From Octopus sinensis (taxonomy: Eukaryota), in assembly GCF_006345805.1 (NCBI RefSeq), contig NC_043017.1, forward strand, positions 33,790,001 to 33,854,000: 64,000 nt of DNA, given 5' to 3'. The notes under the pieces are model-generated. The model ran no database searches. It was not told the DNA's origin and saw only the letters and a list, made by a program, of their open reading frames with translations. The position numbers and the translations under genes are program-made. Below, piece by piece: positions 49,552 through 62,099 of the stretch (position 1 is its first letter; each line of letters opens with the position of its first letter).

Positions 49552-49760
49552 TGGTTTAGGTTGATCGTGATTCCAATTTGTAGACCGGGTGTGCGTTGTG
49601 TTCTTGAGCAAAACACTTCATCTCACGTTGCTCTCTGTCACTGCGACACCTGGCATATGGTACATCATGCACCTGTTTAGACAACGTCGGTTTGATGAAG
49701 AGAGTGAGGTAACGTGCGGCCCGAAAATATTTGATCACTATAAAACAAAGCACTTTATAG
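49548..49760 (+). mobile_element. Probable SINE family D (diverged)
   Basis: A tRNA-like start followed by gttgtgttcttgagcaaaacacttcatctcacgttgctc, similar to the central conserved domains of CORE/Meta-type SINEs. Confidence 0.5.
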
Positions 49761-51044
49761 CACTTACCATCGTTAGTTTAAATAGTTCTTTAAAAAACAC
49801 TTCAGTCGGGGCATGGTGACATCTTTTATTGTTGTGCAGTTTGCTAACCCTAACCCTAAGTAGAGGGGAGGTGCTTCAATGATTTTGCAGCTTCGGAGAA
49901 GATGTAAGCACCCTTTTAGAAATGAAGTGTAAGTTGGTTTCCGAGCTAAAGGGTAATAGCTGGATTTGTGTCCTTGCATTTCTCGTAGATATCATAAATC
50001 GTTTAAATAATATCAAGTTAAAAGCAAAATAATTGATACATGAGATGTATTGCCATGCCAACGCTTTTGAAACAAATTTTCGGATTTGGAAGAATCAACT
50101 CAAGATTAGCAACGCTTTCTATTCCTCTGTACTAGCCATTCACATGGAGTCTCAATACAATAGATTTGCTGCAGAGATAAAGTATTTCCAAAAACTACGA
50201 GAATCAAATTTAAGGAGTTCAAAGATATAGAAGTTTGTTTTAATTTTTTTTTTTTTTTTTGTAAATCCATTTAATGTTGATGTTAAAAAAATACCCGAAA
50301 GGAACTGCAAATGGAAATACTTGAGATTGAGAATTATGAAAATTTTCGGCAAAACTTTAAAGACAAAGGATTATTGTAATTTTATGGAACTCTTATGGAA
50401 CTCTTTATGGAACTACAATAAAATACTGTGCGTCGCCATAAGATTTGCCATAGAGTTAGGAAGTATGTATAAATGCGAAAATCTTTTTCTGTTTTTCTAA
50501 AATGAAAGTAATAGTAAAAATATAGATTGTAAAAATATAGATTGTCGGATCTTCATTTAAGACAGTTTACGAGTTGCAACTTTGCAATAAGTATTTGAAG
50601 AATACTTAAAATTGTAAAATATTTCTATTTATATCAATAACAAATGAATAATAAATACGATATTTCTTATTTGTATTTTGTTATGCATTCTTTTAAGCAT
50701 TGTTCATGGCTTTATTGCATTCAGTTTAATGGGACTAATTCCGTCGTCAATGTCGTGCCTTTTTGCAGCATTTTCGCCGTTATGCTCCACCGAGCTTGCC
50801 AGGTCAGGTTAATTTGTATATCGATTTCTTTATTGGGTGGAGATGCTTAACTTTAATCATGTTAACATTTCACCAGGACAATGGCTTAACATAGTCCAGC
50901 TAAACTTAAAATGTGCAATGAATAAAGACGATGTTCCTTGAATTTTGTAAACTCACTTTGAAGGTAACGTTTTCGACATTTTAAACTGCTGGTAATTTTT
51001 TATCAACGAAGATAGTTTGTGTTAGCATCTCTTGCTTTAAAAAA

Positions 51045-51430
51045 GCAGTGGGAGTGCATATGTGATAAGGAGCTTTATTCACAACCACATGGTTCCGAGT
51101 TCTTTCCTACTGCTTGGCACCTTCGGCAAGTGTCTTCTACTACAGCCTCGGGCCGACCGAGCAAAGCCTAGAGAATGGATGTGGCAGATGGAAACTGAAA
51201 GAAGACCGTTGTATATATGTCTATGTGGGTGTGGGTGTGTGTCCGTGTGTGTGTCTTTGTGGTTGTGATTATAGCCGGTACTGTTGTGGTTACATCCCCG
51301 TAACTTAGCAGTTCAGCGAAAGAGACTGATAAAATAAGTGCCAGTCTTTAAAAAATTAAGTCCCGGGATCGATATATTCGACTAAAAATTTTTAAAATGG
51401 GTATCCTAGCGTGGCTGCAGTCTAATAACT
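51045..51430 (+). mobile_element. SINE family B, diverged full length
   Basis: accacatggttccgagttc...ggcaccttcggcaagtgtcttctactacagcc...gtcccgggatcgat...gcgtggctgcagtc. Confidence 0.75.
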
Positions 51431-51671
51431 AAAACAGTTAGAAGATAGTGAAATTATTTAGTGGTCAAATATTTAAATGTGCACCGGTAACTCAAAAAAT
51501 AGCTTTAGTAAATTTTCATGCACGGATTATAAAAATATTCCTCTTCAACGCACGCCTCATAGACACATTCATATTCAACACATTGAGTTATTCAAGAATT
51601 CATTTTTAAAAAAAATATTCTGTTATGTTTTATTATCACTATCATCAGTGATAATATTATATCAAGACTTA

Positions 51672-51885
51672 AAGGGCGACGAGCTGGCAACATCGTTAGC
51701 ACGCTGGACTTAATGCTTAGCGGCATTTCATCTATCTCCACGCTCTGAGTTCAAATTCCACCGCGGTCGACTTTGCCTTTCATCCTTTTGGGATCGATAA
51801 AATAGATACCAGTTGAGCACTTGGATCGATGTAATTGACTTAGCCCTCCCAGAAAACCGGTGGTTGTATGCCAAAATTTAAAACT
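51672..51885 (+). mobile_element. SINE family A
   Basis: aagggcgacgagctggcaacatcgttagcacgctgg...gagttcaaattccaccgcggtcgactttgcc. Confidence 0.85.
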
Positions 51886-53269
51886 AATATGAAGTCTTCA
51901 GTTTATTCAATTGTAGAAAGCATTTTTCTCCAAAGGAAAGAAAATAAGTTTAGTCCACTACTTAGGGAGAGGCTTACCCGTACGATCTGCGAAAAAAAAT
52001 CACTGAGTCACTGACATACCTTTAACGAAAAATTACCTAAATTTTTTTTTTTAGTACACTACCTATAAAGACTCTTACCTCATGCGGCCTACTACTCGAA
52101 AAAATATTACACATTCCTGTTCTAAACTATCGATTAGTATTCTATATTTATGAAGGAGGTGGTATGAATCACAAATCTGACCTTAATTTTTCTTCTGCTA
52201 ATCAGACGTGTCGTTTCAATCATGTTTCACGGTTAGATTCAGTAAGTCAGACCACTGCATCAGTAATGATACTGTAACTGTTTCATAAGTTATTAAGTTA
52301 TTCAACAGATATGTCGCAAGAATATCCAACGTTCACGGGTGTTTAAATTAAATAAATTTGATTTATGTGTTTGTGTGAAATGATTTAATATATGTCGTGG
52401 CTGCAGCTGTAATTTTACGCCTATGTGTACTGAAAAATTTCATATAATTATTTCCCGCATAACAGGGAATCATATTTTGAGATCATCTACCTGCAACTTC
52501 ATCGCTGCTATGTGCATTAGTTGCAACTATAGAGGATTTTATTTCTTGATAGATTGCTCAAACTGTCGCTGTAGTAAAGAATCGCTCCATCAGATATCTT
52601 CCTTGAAAAGCAACTTTAAAATTTGCTGATTATGTCGTTTCCCGTGATTTTTCAGCGCCAGTCCGTATCCTGCTGCGTTTAATATCAATCCTTTGGTGTG
52701 CTGAACGTCGTGTGTTGGCCTACAAGGTAATGTTGTTATTATCGATAAAGTTGTAGAAGTTACGGCCTAGTTTGTCTGGAAGGAAAGGTCTTAATGAATT
52801 AAGAATTTGAGCTTACACAAAATATATACTTCCTTGAACTTAAGTAAAAATCATTTCAATTTCTTCTTCAAGTGTCAGTGTTCTCTAAACGTAAATGTTG
52901 TGGAAGTTAAAATCCATCATGCTCGACATCATATGACTGCCTCACATTACCATTTGATTTTGTGCAAACATTTTTATCGAATGGACTATGTATTCATTCA
53001 ATCCATATTATTATATTTGTTAGCTTATGACTGGGATCACTAAACTTAAAACAAATTCTAATATATAAGTCATGTGAAGGTAGCTGCGTAAATAGCATTA
53101 TAAAAAGTGATCGAGAAGCCTGTCACGTGATCAACCAAGAAATACTACATATAATGTGTGTGTTTGTATGCATGTATATATTTGTAATATACCTACCTAC
53201 ATACATACATACATACATACATACATACATACACACATGACATCACTCTTCGATGGCTATGAATTTGCA

Positions 53270-53960
53270 AACCAAGAACAGAAGATTGCTATGAAATACC
53301 TAGTAAACAAATGAGACGAGCTCAAGATGCAAGCAAAAATGTCGATTATGTCACATTTCTGTGGGAGACATCACATATGTGATTAGAAGCAGTCCAAAAA
53401 TGACATGGAGGTACTAACTCCCTATGCAACATGACGTTGTCGCAACAACAATATTCAATGCCATTCGTAAAAAAAAAGACTGTCCTTGAAGAAATACTAA
53501 GGTTCCCCTTGGTATCGAACCTATACGCAAATATTTACACAATGACTATTGGTGGCATATTCTCATCAAAATTTTTGTCAAATGTAAATATAACAGGTTG
53601 GATATTGATGAGTGGAGCGGGCAAGAAAATGCATGTGCCGTCATACAGGTCAGCTGTGGTGGTGATCTTCAGCAGCTGATGTGAATATATCTTTAAAAAA
53701 ATCAAAGAGATAGAGGGTAAAAACATCTGCTTGGAAATCTCCAGCTTCTATATCCAGATTACAAATTCACATTTATAGCAATAATAATTGGGACGCTTGG
53801 TTTTTGAGTCAACGCCTGAGAGTCAATCTCAATAAGACAGGATTTTCAGAAAAAGAAGATATAAACCACAAGCAAGCATTTATTTTGCGCATTACAAATA
53901 CAGTTTGTAAGTGGAACAGTGAAAATACGCAAGACATGTCTCGTCTTATCAACAACATTC
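53270..53960 (+). mobile_element. Decayed 3' fragment of the second REL-type LINE family
   Basis: QEQKIAMKYLVNK*D / KCRLCHISVGDITYVIRSSPKMTWRY*LPMQHDVVATTIFNAIRKK / LRVNLNKTGFSEKE / LQIQFVSGTVKIRKT; homologous to 19030-19520. Confidence 0.8.
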
Positions 53961-54040
53961 AAGCGACGGGGTTTTTGTATTTTTGTTCAAAATCAGCTCA
54001 TTCCACAGACTAAGACTTAATTTAATTAAAAACAGAAGTG

Positions 54041-54082
<42 letters not shown>

Positions 54083-54129
54083 TGTGTGTCTGTGCGTGCA
54101 TATATATATATATTATATATGTATATATT

Positions 54130-54230
54130 TATTGATAGAAATGGTAAGACAACAAAAGATGTCGGGGTGGAAACTCGGAGTTTTATCATGGCTACCGAAT
54201 AACTGTCACATATTACATTTACAGATATAT
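54130..54230 (+). mobile_element. Family H7 fragment (degenerate hammerhead) in (TA)n
   Basis: gaaactcggagttttatcatggctaccgaataa is identical to the reverse complement of 55673-55704. Confidence 0.7.
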
Positions 54231-54412
54231 ATGTGTGTGTGTGTGTGTGTGTGGTGTGTGTGTGTGTGTGTTCTCGCAGACTAAATCATTTTCTACGGCT
54301 AAATTTTGATCATGATATGAACTAACATTTAACAGTTTCATTTTCTGTCTTATTAAATACAAACACTAACGTATATATCGCGCTGTTTCACATTACCTCC
54401 AGATCTCTCTCT

Positions 54413-54444
<32 letters not shown>

Positions 54445-55419
54445 CTCTCTCTCCTTTTCCTAGTTCTTCCCAATGTTTATTACTAACCTTTACTTCCGCC
54501 TCATGTCATCCTCTCTTTATCCTCTTTTATTCTTCTCTTTGATCCGTCTGCCACTCCTTCTTTAAATCTCTATCCTGTATTCAACATGTTATAATGCATA
54601 TCTTCTCATCGTACAATCAGCGCTTAATTTTCTGTTTTCCTATTTGACTGCTTCCAATCTTATACGTATTCATCCTGTCTCTGCTTCGTCTTCTTTCCTA
54701 TCTACTGAGTTTTATACTTCACCTACATTGTCTGTACACTGTCACCTTCGATTTCTACTTTTTTTATTAAATTACTTCGCCTGTATTAACCAATTCAGAA
54801 CATCAGACGCTGCACGAAGCATTGCCAACTCCAAATTCTTCAGTAACTTACATCAGAGTAATAATTTATTGGCCTCGGAACTAGTTTGTCTCATTTAATT
54901 TTCTAGACACAAATGCAAACGTTTGAGTTAAATTGAACAACACAGAGAAACGTAATTGCAGTGGATTATAGAGTATATAGACTTCCAGTCGCAGTGGATT
55001 GCACAAACATATAGACTTACTGTCGCAAGACGAAAATTCGAAAAAAACATATACTAAATGTGAAATCGAATGTGAATAAACAAATGGTAGGAAATTGGGC
55101 TAATAAAAATATCTCATAGAAATCCGCATATATTCGTACATTTGTAGGCCTTAAAAATTATACACGAGAAAAAGACCACACAGAGTATGAATATATAATG
55201 TTCAAAGTATATGATATATACATTCATGCTTGCACGCACACACACACACGCACACACATACTCATACTTAAACACAAGCATGAATGTAGGTACATAATAT
55301 ACGTATATAAATGTATACCCACGAATGCAAGGAAATGTGTAGTTATCTTTGTATGTACGTATGTATTCTTGAAAGAAATATGTGTATGTATGTCATTGTT
55401 CAGTTTTATTTCAGGATTT

Positions 55420-55525
55420 CTTGCCAATAGAGAAAAATACTTGCCCAAGGTGACACGCGGTGAGATTCAACCGGGAACCATGTGGTTTGGAAGCAAGATT
55501 CTTACATTACAGCCACTCCTGCGCT
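55420..55525 (-). mobile_element. SINE family B 5' fragment
   Basis: cttgcccaaggtgacacgcggtgagattcaaccgggaaccatgtgg...acagccactcctgcgc. Confidence 0.75.
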
Positions 55526-55686
55526 ATACATATATATATATATATGTGTGTGTGTGTGTATACAGTACATGTATATATATATTGATAAAAACGGTAAGAT
55601 AACAAAAGAAAGAAAGAGACCCCGATATTATGTAAATAGAGGAATGTATCTGTAAATGTAATTGGTGACAATTATTCGGTAGCCAT

Positions 55687-55748
55687 GATAAAACTCCGAG
55701 TTTCGGATGCCGATGTGGAAATTCACGCCGCCATCTCTTCAGTTCTCT
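55687..55748 (-). ncRNA. Hammerhead H7 (canonical CUGAAGA core)
   Basis: agagaa-CUGAAGA-gaug[...]cauc-c-GAAAC-UCGGAGU-U-uuauc; stem III AC-UC-G-GA-GU; one stem I mismatch. Confidence 0.6.
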
Positions 55749-55773
55749 ACGTATATATATATATATATATATA

Positions 55774-55893
55774 TATCACCGTGATCACCGTGACCGACCA
55801 GGCTATCAGATGTTGCTACACATCGCTGGTCACAATGCGCTTCGCATTGTTTTAGCCTTCAAATGACGCCACCCCGCTGGCTAAGCGAGCAGG

Positions 55894-55897
<4 letters not shown>
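55774..55897 (-). mobile_element. SINE family C 3' part (or 3' end of its partner LINE) inside (TA)n
   Basis: Reverse complement is nearly identical to 13105-13228. Confidence 0.85.
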
Positions 55898-55947
<50 letters not shown>

Positions 55948-56357
55948 TATATACATATATATATTATATATGTATGTATAAATTAGGCCAACTAATATTA
56001 TAGTGCCTAATTCAGTTGGTGTATGCCAATCTCTCCACTCTGAAGATGGGGCCTGGTTTTATAGTAATGTTTATAAAAACTAATGCGTAATTTCAAACCC
56101 CGAGAAACAGCTGTTGAACACGAAATACCATGCCCTCTCCCCTTTGTATTCTATATTTTTTGTACCACATGTAAATTTGTTCTATAAATAGATAATTATC
56201 TATATGCTTGTACACGAATGTTCATCTACTGAATATTTTCATTTATTTTTCTCTCTGTATATACTCTTATATATATGTATTTATTTACATTTGTATACGT
56301 ACGTGTATTTCATATGTCAAGCCTAAACTTGTTTAGTTGCCTCACTATCTGTTTCTC

Positions 56358-56391
<34 letters not shown>

Positions 56392-56599
56392 CATACATGC
56401 ACAAGCACACGCACGCTGGTATGCACACAGATACCCACCACCCAACAAAATCTCAAACGGACAAACGAACGCGCCCATCTATAAAGTCGATAGTCACCGA
56501 GAACAATGAAAAACAGCAACGAAAGAATTTGGACAAAAAATCTGATATTTAATGAATGTGTGGAATTGATACAGTTTGTATGTTAATCATATTGGCATC

Positions 56600-56925
56600 C
56601 TTAAAGTCCTTAAAAAATCCTTTAAAATGTTTTAGCACGAAGGCCGCGGCCATGCTGGGGCACCACCGCTGAATGTGCTACGCTAATTTGTGAATCCACC
56701 TCTGATACGTGGTACTTGGTCAACAATGGAGTTTGATACCGTTGCCTGCATCTGTGTCTCCTGTTGTGAGGTAGGTTCATCTGGGACTCCCGACAAGAAG
56801 AGATCCAGTTTAGTTTTAAAGAAACCCACATCCACACAATGTAAGTCTCTCAGGCATTTAGGGAGGATGTTAAAGAGCTGTGGTCCTCTGAAACCCAAGC
56901 TGTTGCAGTATCTGGACCTGGCATG
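56600..56925 (-). mobile_element. CR1/L2-group LINE 3' end
   Basis: YCNSLGFRGPQLFNILPKCLRDLHCVDVGFFKTKLDLFLSGVPDEP...SNSIVDQ, then a UTR with ggtgccccagcatggccgcgg and a (ttaagga)-like tail. Confidence 0.8.
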
Positions 56926-57025
56926 ATGACTCTCTCTAGACACAACAAAGTATACTTACATATTATGTACAGTATACACACACAGATATATACATACATA
57001 TATCAATACGTGTATATACATATAT

Positions 57026-57072
<47 letters not shown>

Positions 57073-57201
57073 AATGAAATAAAAAATAGAACACAAAGGA
57101 TGTTTTTTATTTTTTATTTCATTTGATGCATATACCCTCTCACCTCTGCTACTAGCTGGTATATACAGGTGCTTACACTTATAAGTATTCACCCTGAATT
57201 T

Positions 57202-57240
<39 letters not shown>

Positions 57241-57742
57241 ATATATATATACATATATATATGTATATAAACATACATATATATAAATACATATGTATAT
57301 GTATATATGCATGCATGTATGTATGTGTACATTAAACGATAGTATATTATTATTAAAACCAACGTTTCTTCGGAGGAAAAAGAGTATCAAGAGGTTAATT
57401 CATAGTCAAGGCAGCTGCATTATTTCTGATCGATTGGCATTCATGAGCTGGCTTCTTAAAACATATTGCGGCCACACTGGGACCTCTAAGTACATTAGAA
57501 TGATACGTTTCTAAAGTTATTATACTATCAATTGTCTTGAAAATAATGTCGATAGCTGTTATATAAAGTCCATCTCTGGAGCAGTAAAAACACATTTGTC
57601 CGATCTCAGCTTTATAATAATCGCATAAAAGTGGAGATGTCAATTCATTTCAGGCTGCTTTGACGTACGACGTGCAGCAAACTATACACCCGTTTAGGCA
57701 GTATCGCTTTGCAGCGGGAGGGTGGGTTAATATGCAGACAAG

Positions 57743-58120
57743 TATTCTCTTGAAAAACGCCGCCGCCGTGGTGATCTCATTCTCGCCCACAACATCATAA
57801 GCGGGAAGTGTAACCTCTCGAAAGAGCTGTTCTTCACTCCTGCTCCGGAGCGTCGGCTGCGGGGTCATTCCGAAAAGCTCTACCTGCGACGATTTCATCT
57901 CAATGGAAGGAGAGGAGCTTTCTCCGTCCGGGTTGCGGATCCGTGGAACAAGCTGCCAGACGAGATGGTGAAGATGCCGACGACCGCTTTGTTCAAAGCC
58001 TCCCTGGACCTCAAGTGGCCTGAACTCTTTACATGAACACCACCCTGTACTTAACTCCATGTCCCCCTACATGGCCTTGCTATTTGCTTTTGAGCCAAAT
58101 TAACTAACTAACTAACTAAC
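57743..58120 (+). mobile_element. CR1-clade LINE 3' fragment, GC-rich, open frame, (TAAC)n tail
   Basis: 57746-58036 translates to SLEKRRRRGDLILAHNIISGKCNLSKELFFTPAPERRLRGHSEKLYLRRFHLNGRRGAFSVRVADPWNKLPDEMVKMPTTALFKASLDLKWPELFT* (CR1 C-terminal SLE.RR.RGDLI, RGH..KL and WN.LP motifs). Not in the ORF track because it has no start codon. Confidence 0.9.
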
Positions 58121-58168
58121 ATCACTATATAAAAATCAATTGTGCTAATTCAGCATAGGTGATCTCTC

Positions 58169-58223
<55 letters not shown>

Positions 58224-58507
58224 TCTGTATATATGTATACATATATGTATATTATGTATACATATATATATATATTATATATATATATATATATTATATT
58301 ATATATATATATACATACATACATACATATATATATATGTATATGTATATATACCACACACACACACATCTATACACACACACATATAAGAGGGATGACC
58401 ACTAAGTGGACATCCATATGCTAGAAGTCGATCCCCTATGGTCTTACCACTAAGAAAGGAACGTTCTCAAGAATATTTAGCAAACGCCAGAACGTAAGCG
58501 AGCAAGA

Positions 58508-58717
58508 CAAATGAAAAGATACAAAATACATAAATTAATCACAAATTAGTTTCGTAATCACTAATGTAGATGTTCGCAACTCGTCAGTGTGATCGTCATA
58601 GCAAAATATAACGTGCAGAAATATACACTTGACGTCCGCATGAGATTGAAAATGTATATAGTTCTAACAACGAAACTGGTTTGTGATTAATCTGTATATT
58701 TTGTATCTTTTCATTTG
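58508..58717. repeat. Small element with 48-bp imperfect inverted ends
   Basis: caaatgaaaagatacaaaatacataaattaatcacaaattagtttcgt versus acgaaactggtttgtgattaatctgtatattttgtatcttttcatttg. Confidence 0.85.
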
Positions 58718-58984
58718 CTATCATCCATATGTTTTGCAAATATGAATGGATTCTGATTCACTACAGATTTTTGTTAGTTTTAGATAAGAAACTCCGATCT
58801 TTTGGCATAAAAACAGTAGTAAAATTCGTCCATCCAAACGCTAAGATCTGCTTTCCTCAGCCACTGCTGTGAATTTAATTATCTTAGCCTGTTCCTTTCC
58901 CTTTGTTATATTTGATGGTACAGGACAAGCAAGATATTTTCTTGACATCAGATGGTATACCTAATTACAAGTGCAGCAAACAAA

Positions 58985-59170
58985 TCTTCGAGCTGGCGGA
59001 AAAATCACTTTGTGGATATTGCTTCCAAGTCTCTACATCCAAATCCCATCGAGGTCGTGTTTGTGTTTCATCGTTTAGGGGTTAATAAAATACAGTACCA
59101 GTCAAGTATTGATGTTGACGATATCATCTAAACATTTGCCCTCAAAAATGCTGGCATTATGCCTACATTA
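58985..59170 (+). mobile_element. SINE family A, old/diverged
   Basis: cgagctggcggaaaaatc...ccatcgaggtcgtgtttgtgtttcatcgtttagggg...cagtaccagtc. Confidence 0.6.
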
Positions 59171-59759
59171 GAAACCATTATTAATATAACAAAAATATAT
59201 CGTTTTTATTTTTGTTTCTATTTTTTCTTTCACCAACAAATTAACATCATAATGAGCATCTTCATTTTCTTCATCATCATCAACCCCGTTAACAAAAACA
59301 ACATCTTCAACATTACAAATATTATCAGCATCACCATCCTCGACTTACAAGTCTTAATTCGGTGACGTTACATTTTAGAATTAGTTTTTGCTTAAATGAG
59401 AAAATAAAATAGAATATTTGCAATTGAGTCAACCAAAGAACAAATACAAGATTGATACAATAATAAATAGAAAAGTCGTACATAATGCAGTAATAGTAAA
59501 AAAGAAAATCGAAAGAGGGGTTAAATAGTCAATGAGGTTTAGGGTGAAAGGGAAATGTTTACCGAAGATCATCGCAAGGAAATTCTGATTTCATACAAAT
59601 GTAATGCCGGAGAAAAGAACGATATGTGGCTGAAAACAATTTTAAATGAATAAATGAAGAGAGAAGAATGAGTAAAACAGGAATATGAATGAGATAAGAT
59701 GTTTTATATTAATACAGAGAATAAATGTGTTTGCCTGTGTATTTATGTGTATGCACGTA

Positions 59760-59804
<45 letters not shown>

Positions 59805-59806
<2 letters not shown>

Positions 59807-59880
59807 ACATACTATATACATAAAATACAAAATCCAAAGTTATATCTTGAGATCGCTAGTGATAACAAATTCAATATAAA
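59805..59880 (+). mobile_element. Fragment of the HINE-like family seen at 12093-12915
   Basis: tacataaaatacaaaatccaaagttatatcttgagatcgctagtgataacaa matches 12185-12236. Confidence 0.7.
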
Positions 59881-59881
59881 T

Positions 59882-59940
<59 letters not shown>

Positions 59941-59971
59941 ATTATATATATATACACATATACATACATAC

Positions 59972-60012
<41 letters not shown>

Positions 60013-60143
60013 CATGATAGTTAGAATGGGATGTGTTCAAGATTGAATGAAAATATTTTACCCAAAGAGGATAATCATGTTCGATTAAAATGTCTAATTT
60101 GTAGTTTTCTTGTATGTATGTATATATACATATATATATATAC

Positions 60144-60180
<37 letters not shown>

Positions 60181-60207
60181 TATATGTATATGTATATGTA
60201 TATATAT

Positions 60208-60241
<34 letters not shown>

Positions 60242-60825
60242 TATCGTTAATGGTTATGTGTAAAGAAACATAAATATTAACAAACGTATGCGTGTGACAA
60301 ATACCACATAGATACAGAAATAATACGTTCTGATCGTTCCTGACTGTACTAAATATGTATCAATGTGAGTTGAAATATATTGGAGAAAACAAAAGATGAA
60401 AATTCATCCTGTTTACTGACCTATAAGTTTTATAAATTAGTTGCGTTAGAGAGGTAATTATATATCTGGCGTGCTGCCTTAGACTGAAACAAATGAATGA
60501 TAATGCTGTAACTATAACACTTTTGTTTAGTCAGACGATAAGGCCGAGCAGCAATGATATTTGAAGTGTCCCTGAGAGAAGTGAAGAAATTGGATAAAAT
60601 TTCTGACCGCAGCATAGCTCGCATTAAAATGTGCAATTCCTCTAAGGTAATAGACATAAACGGTATGACTGATAATGTGTAGAAGGGAAGCAGTTGTAGT
60701 TTTTTTTTTTATATTTCGATTTGTATCGGTGCCTTCTGTAGAGTTATGGTTTCAAGTATGGAGATAACTCCTCAAATTATTCATTAAAATTTTCGAAACG
60801 ATTGTTTGATCTGAAAATGAATAGG

Positions 60826-61250
60826 AGAGAAGAAGAAGGAGAAGAAGAAGAAGAAGAAGAAGAGACGAAGAAGAAGAAGAAGAAGAAGAAGAAGAAGAAT
60901 GAGGAGGAAGGAGGAGGAGGAGGAGACGAGGAGAGGAGAGGAAAGAAGAATAAGAAGAAGAGGACAAGAAGAAACAAGAAAGAACAAGAACAAAGAGAGG
61001 AGAGAAGAAGAAGAAAGGAAGAAAGAAGGAGAGAAGGGGAGGAGAAGAAGAGGGGGGGAAAGAAGAAGGAGGAGGAGAGGCGGGGAGGAGGAGGCGGGAG
61101 GAGAAGAAGAAGAAGAAGAAGAAGAAGAAGGGGAGGAGAAGAAGGAGAATGTGTGGAGAGGAGGAAGAAGAAGAAGGAGGAGAGGAGGAGGAGAAGAAGA
61201 AGAAGAAGAAGAAGAAGAAGAAGAAGAAGAAGAAGAAGAAGAAGAAGAAC
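60826..61250. repeat. ~425-bp purine-rich (GAA)n/(GGA)n compound tract
   Basis: Direct reading; explains the E/R/K/G-rich and S/L/F-rich ORFs. Confidence 0.95.
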
Positions 61251-61823
61251 ATTCTAGAAGATACCTACATAATGGACAAGGAAAAATAAGATTAATTAAA
61301 TGGAATGTGGTGAGAAGGCAATTAAGAATGTCGATCATCATCAACGTTATCAAGAAAAGGTGAAAGTGCTTGAAATAGCATGTAGGAATACCATTAGAAT
61401 GTGGAGTACTTCAAGAAGAAATGAGGAACTAGAAAAATGTTCTAGAAGAGAGAACGCCATGGAAAATAACAATAAAAAAATTTCAATTTATATTCTAAAA
61501 CTTACAAATGTATTGACAAAAGAAAGATATAAAAGAAACAAGAATTATGTAAATAAACAAGCTTAGATATGTCGAATTCATATTTATTCTGAGTAAACAA
61601 TATTAAAATTTTGAATTATGTCTGGAAAGTTAACAATATTTAGAAACTGATAGCAATTTGAAAGACCGAAAGTAGTATCAAATTCGAATGCAAACTAGCA
61701 AATTAAAATTTATTGATAGATTTTCATGTGCATCAAGAGAATTACATATATTTTATATATATATGTTTGGGGTGTGCATATGTGTGTGTGTGTGCGTGTG
61801 TAGATATAGATTGATACATACTG

Positions 61824-61890
<67 letters not shown>

Positions 61891-62099
61891 CTTGTGTGTC
61901 TGTATGTATGTGTGTGTCTAGTATATATTTTTATGTTTTCCTAAGCAAATTTCAGCCATGCTGGAGTGGAGTTGAAGTGCATATGCTCGACTCCAGACCC
62001 CCCATCATATCTTGTCTGGTAAACTAGAGTTGGCTCTCGGTCACGTGATAGATAAAAAAAAGATAGAAAAACACTGAAAACCTCTTTGAAAATGTGCTA

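Noticed and set aside
60440-60660. Possible very old RTE-like fragment
   Set aside because: Only a vague resemblance to the LLYGSETW/MLRWMC region; not alignable by eye.
60752-61363. Long E/R/K/G-rich and S/L/F-rich ORFs on both strands
   Set aside because: Produced by the (GAA)/(GGA) tract; open in several frames at once.
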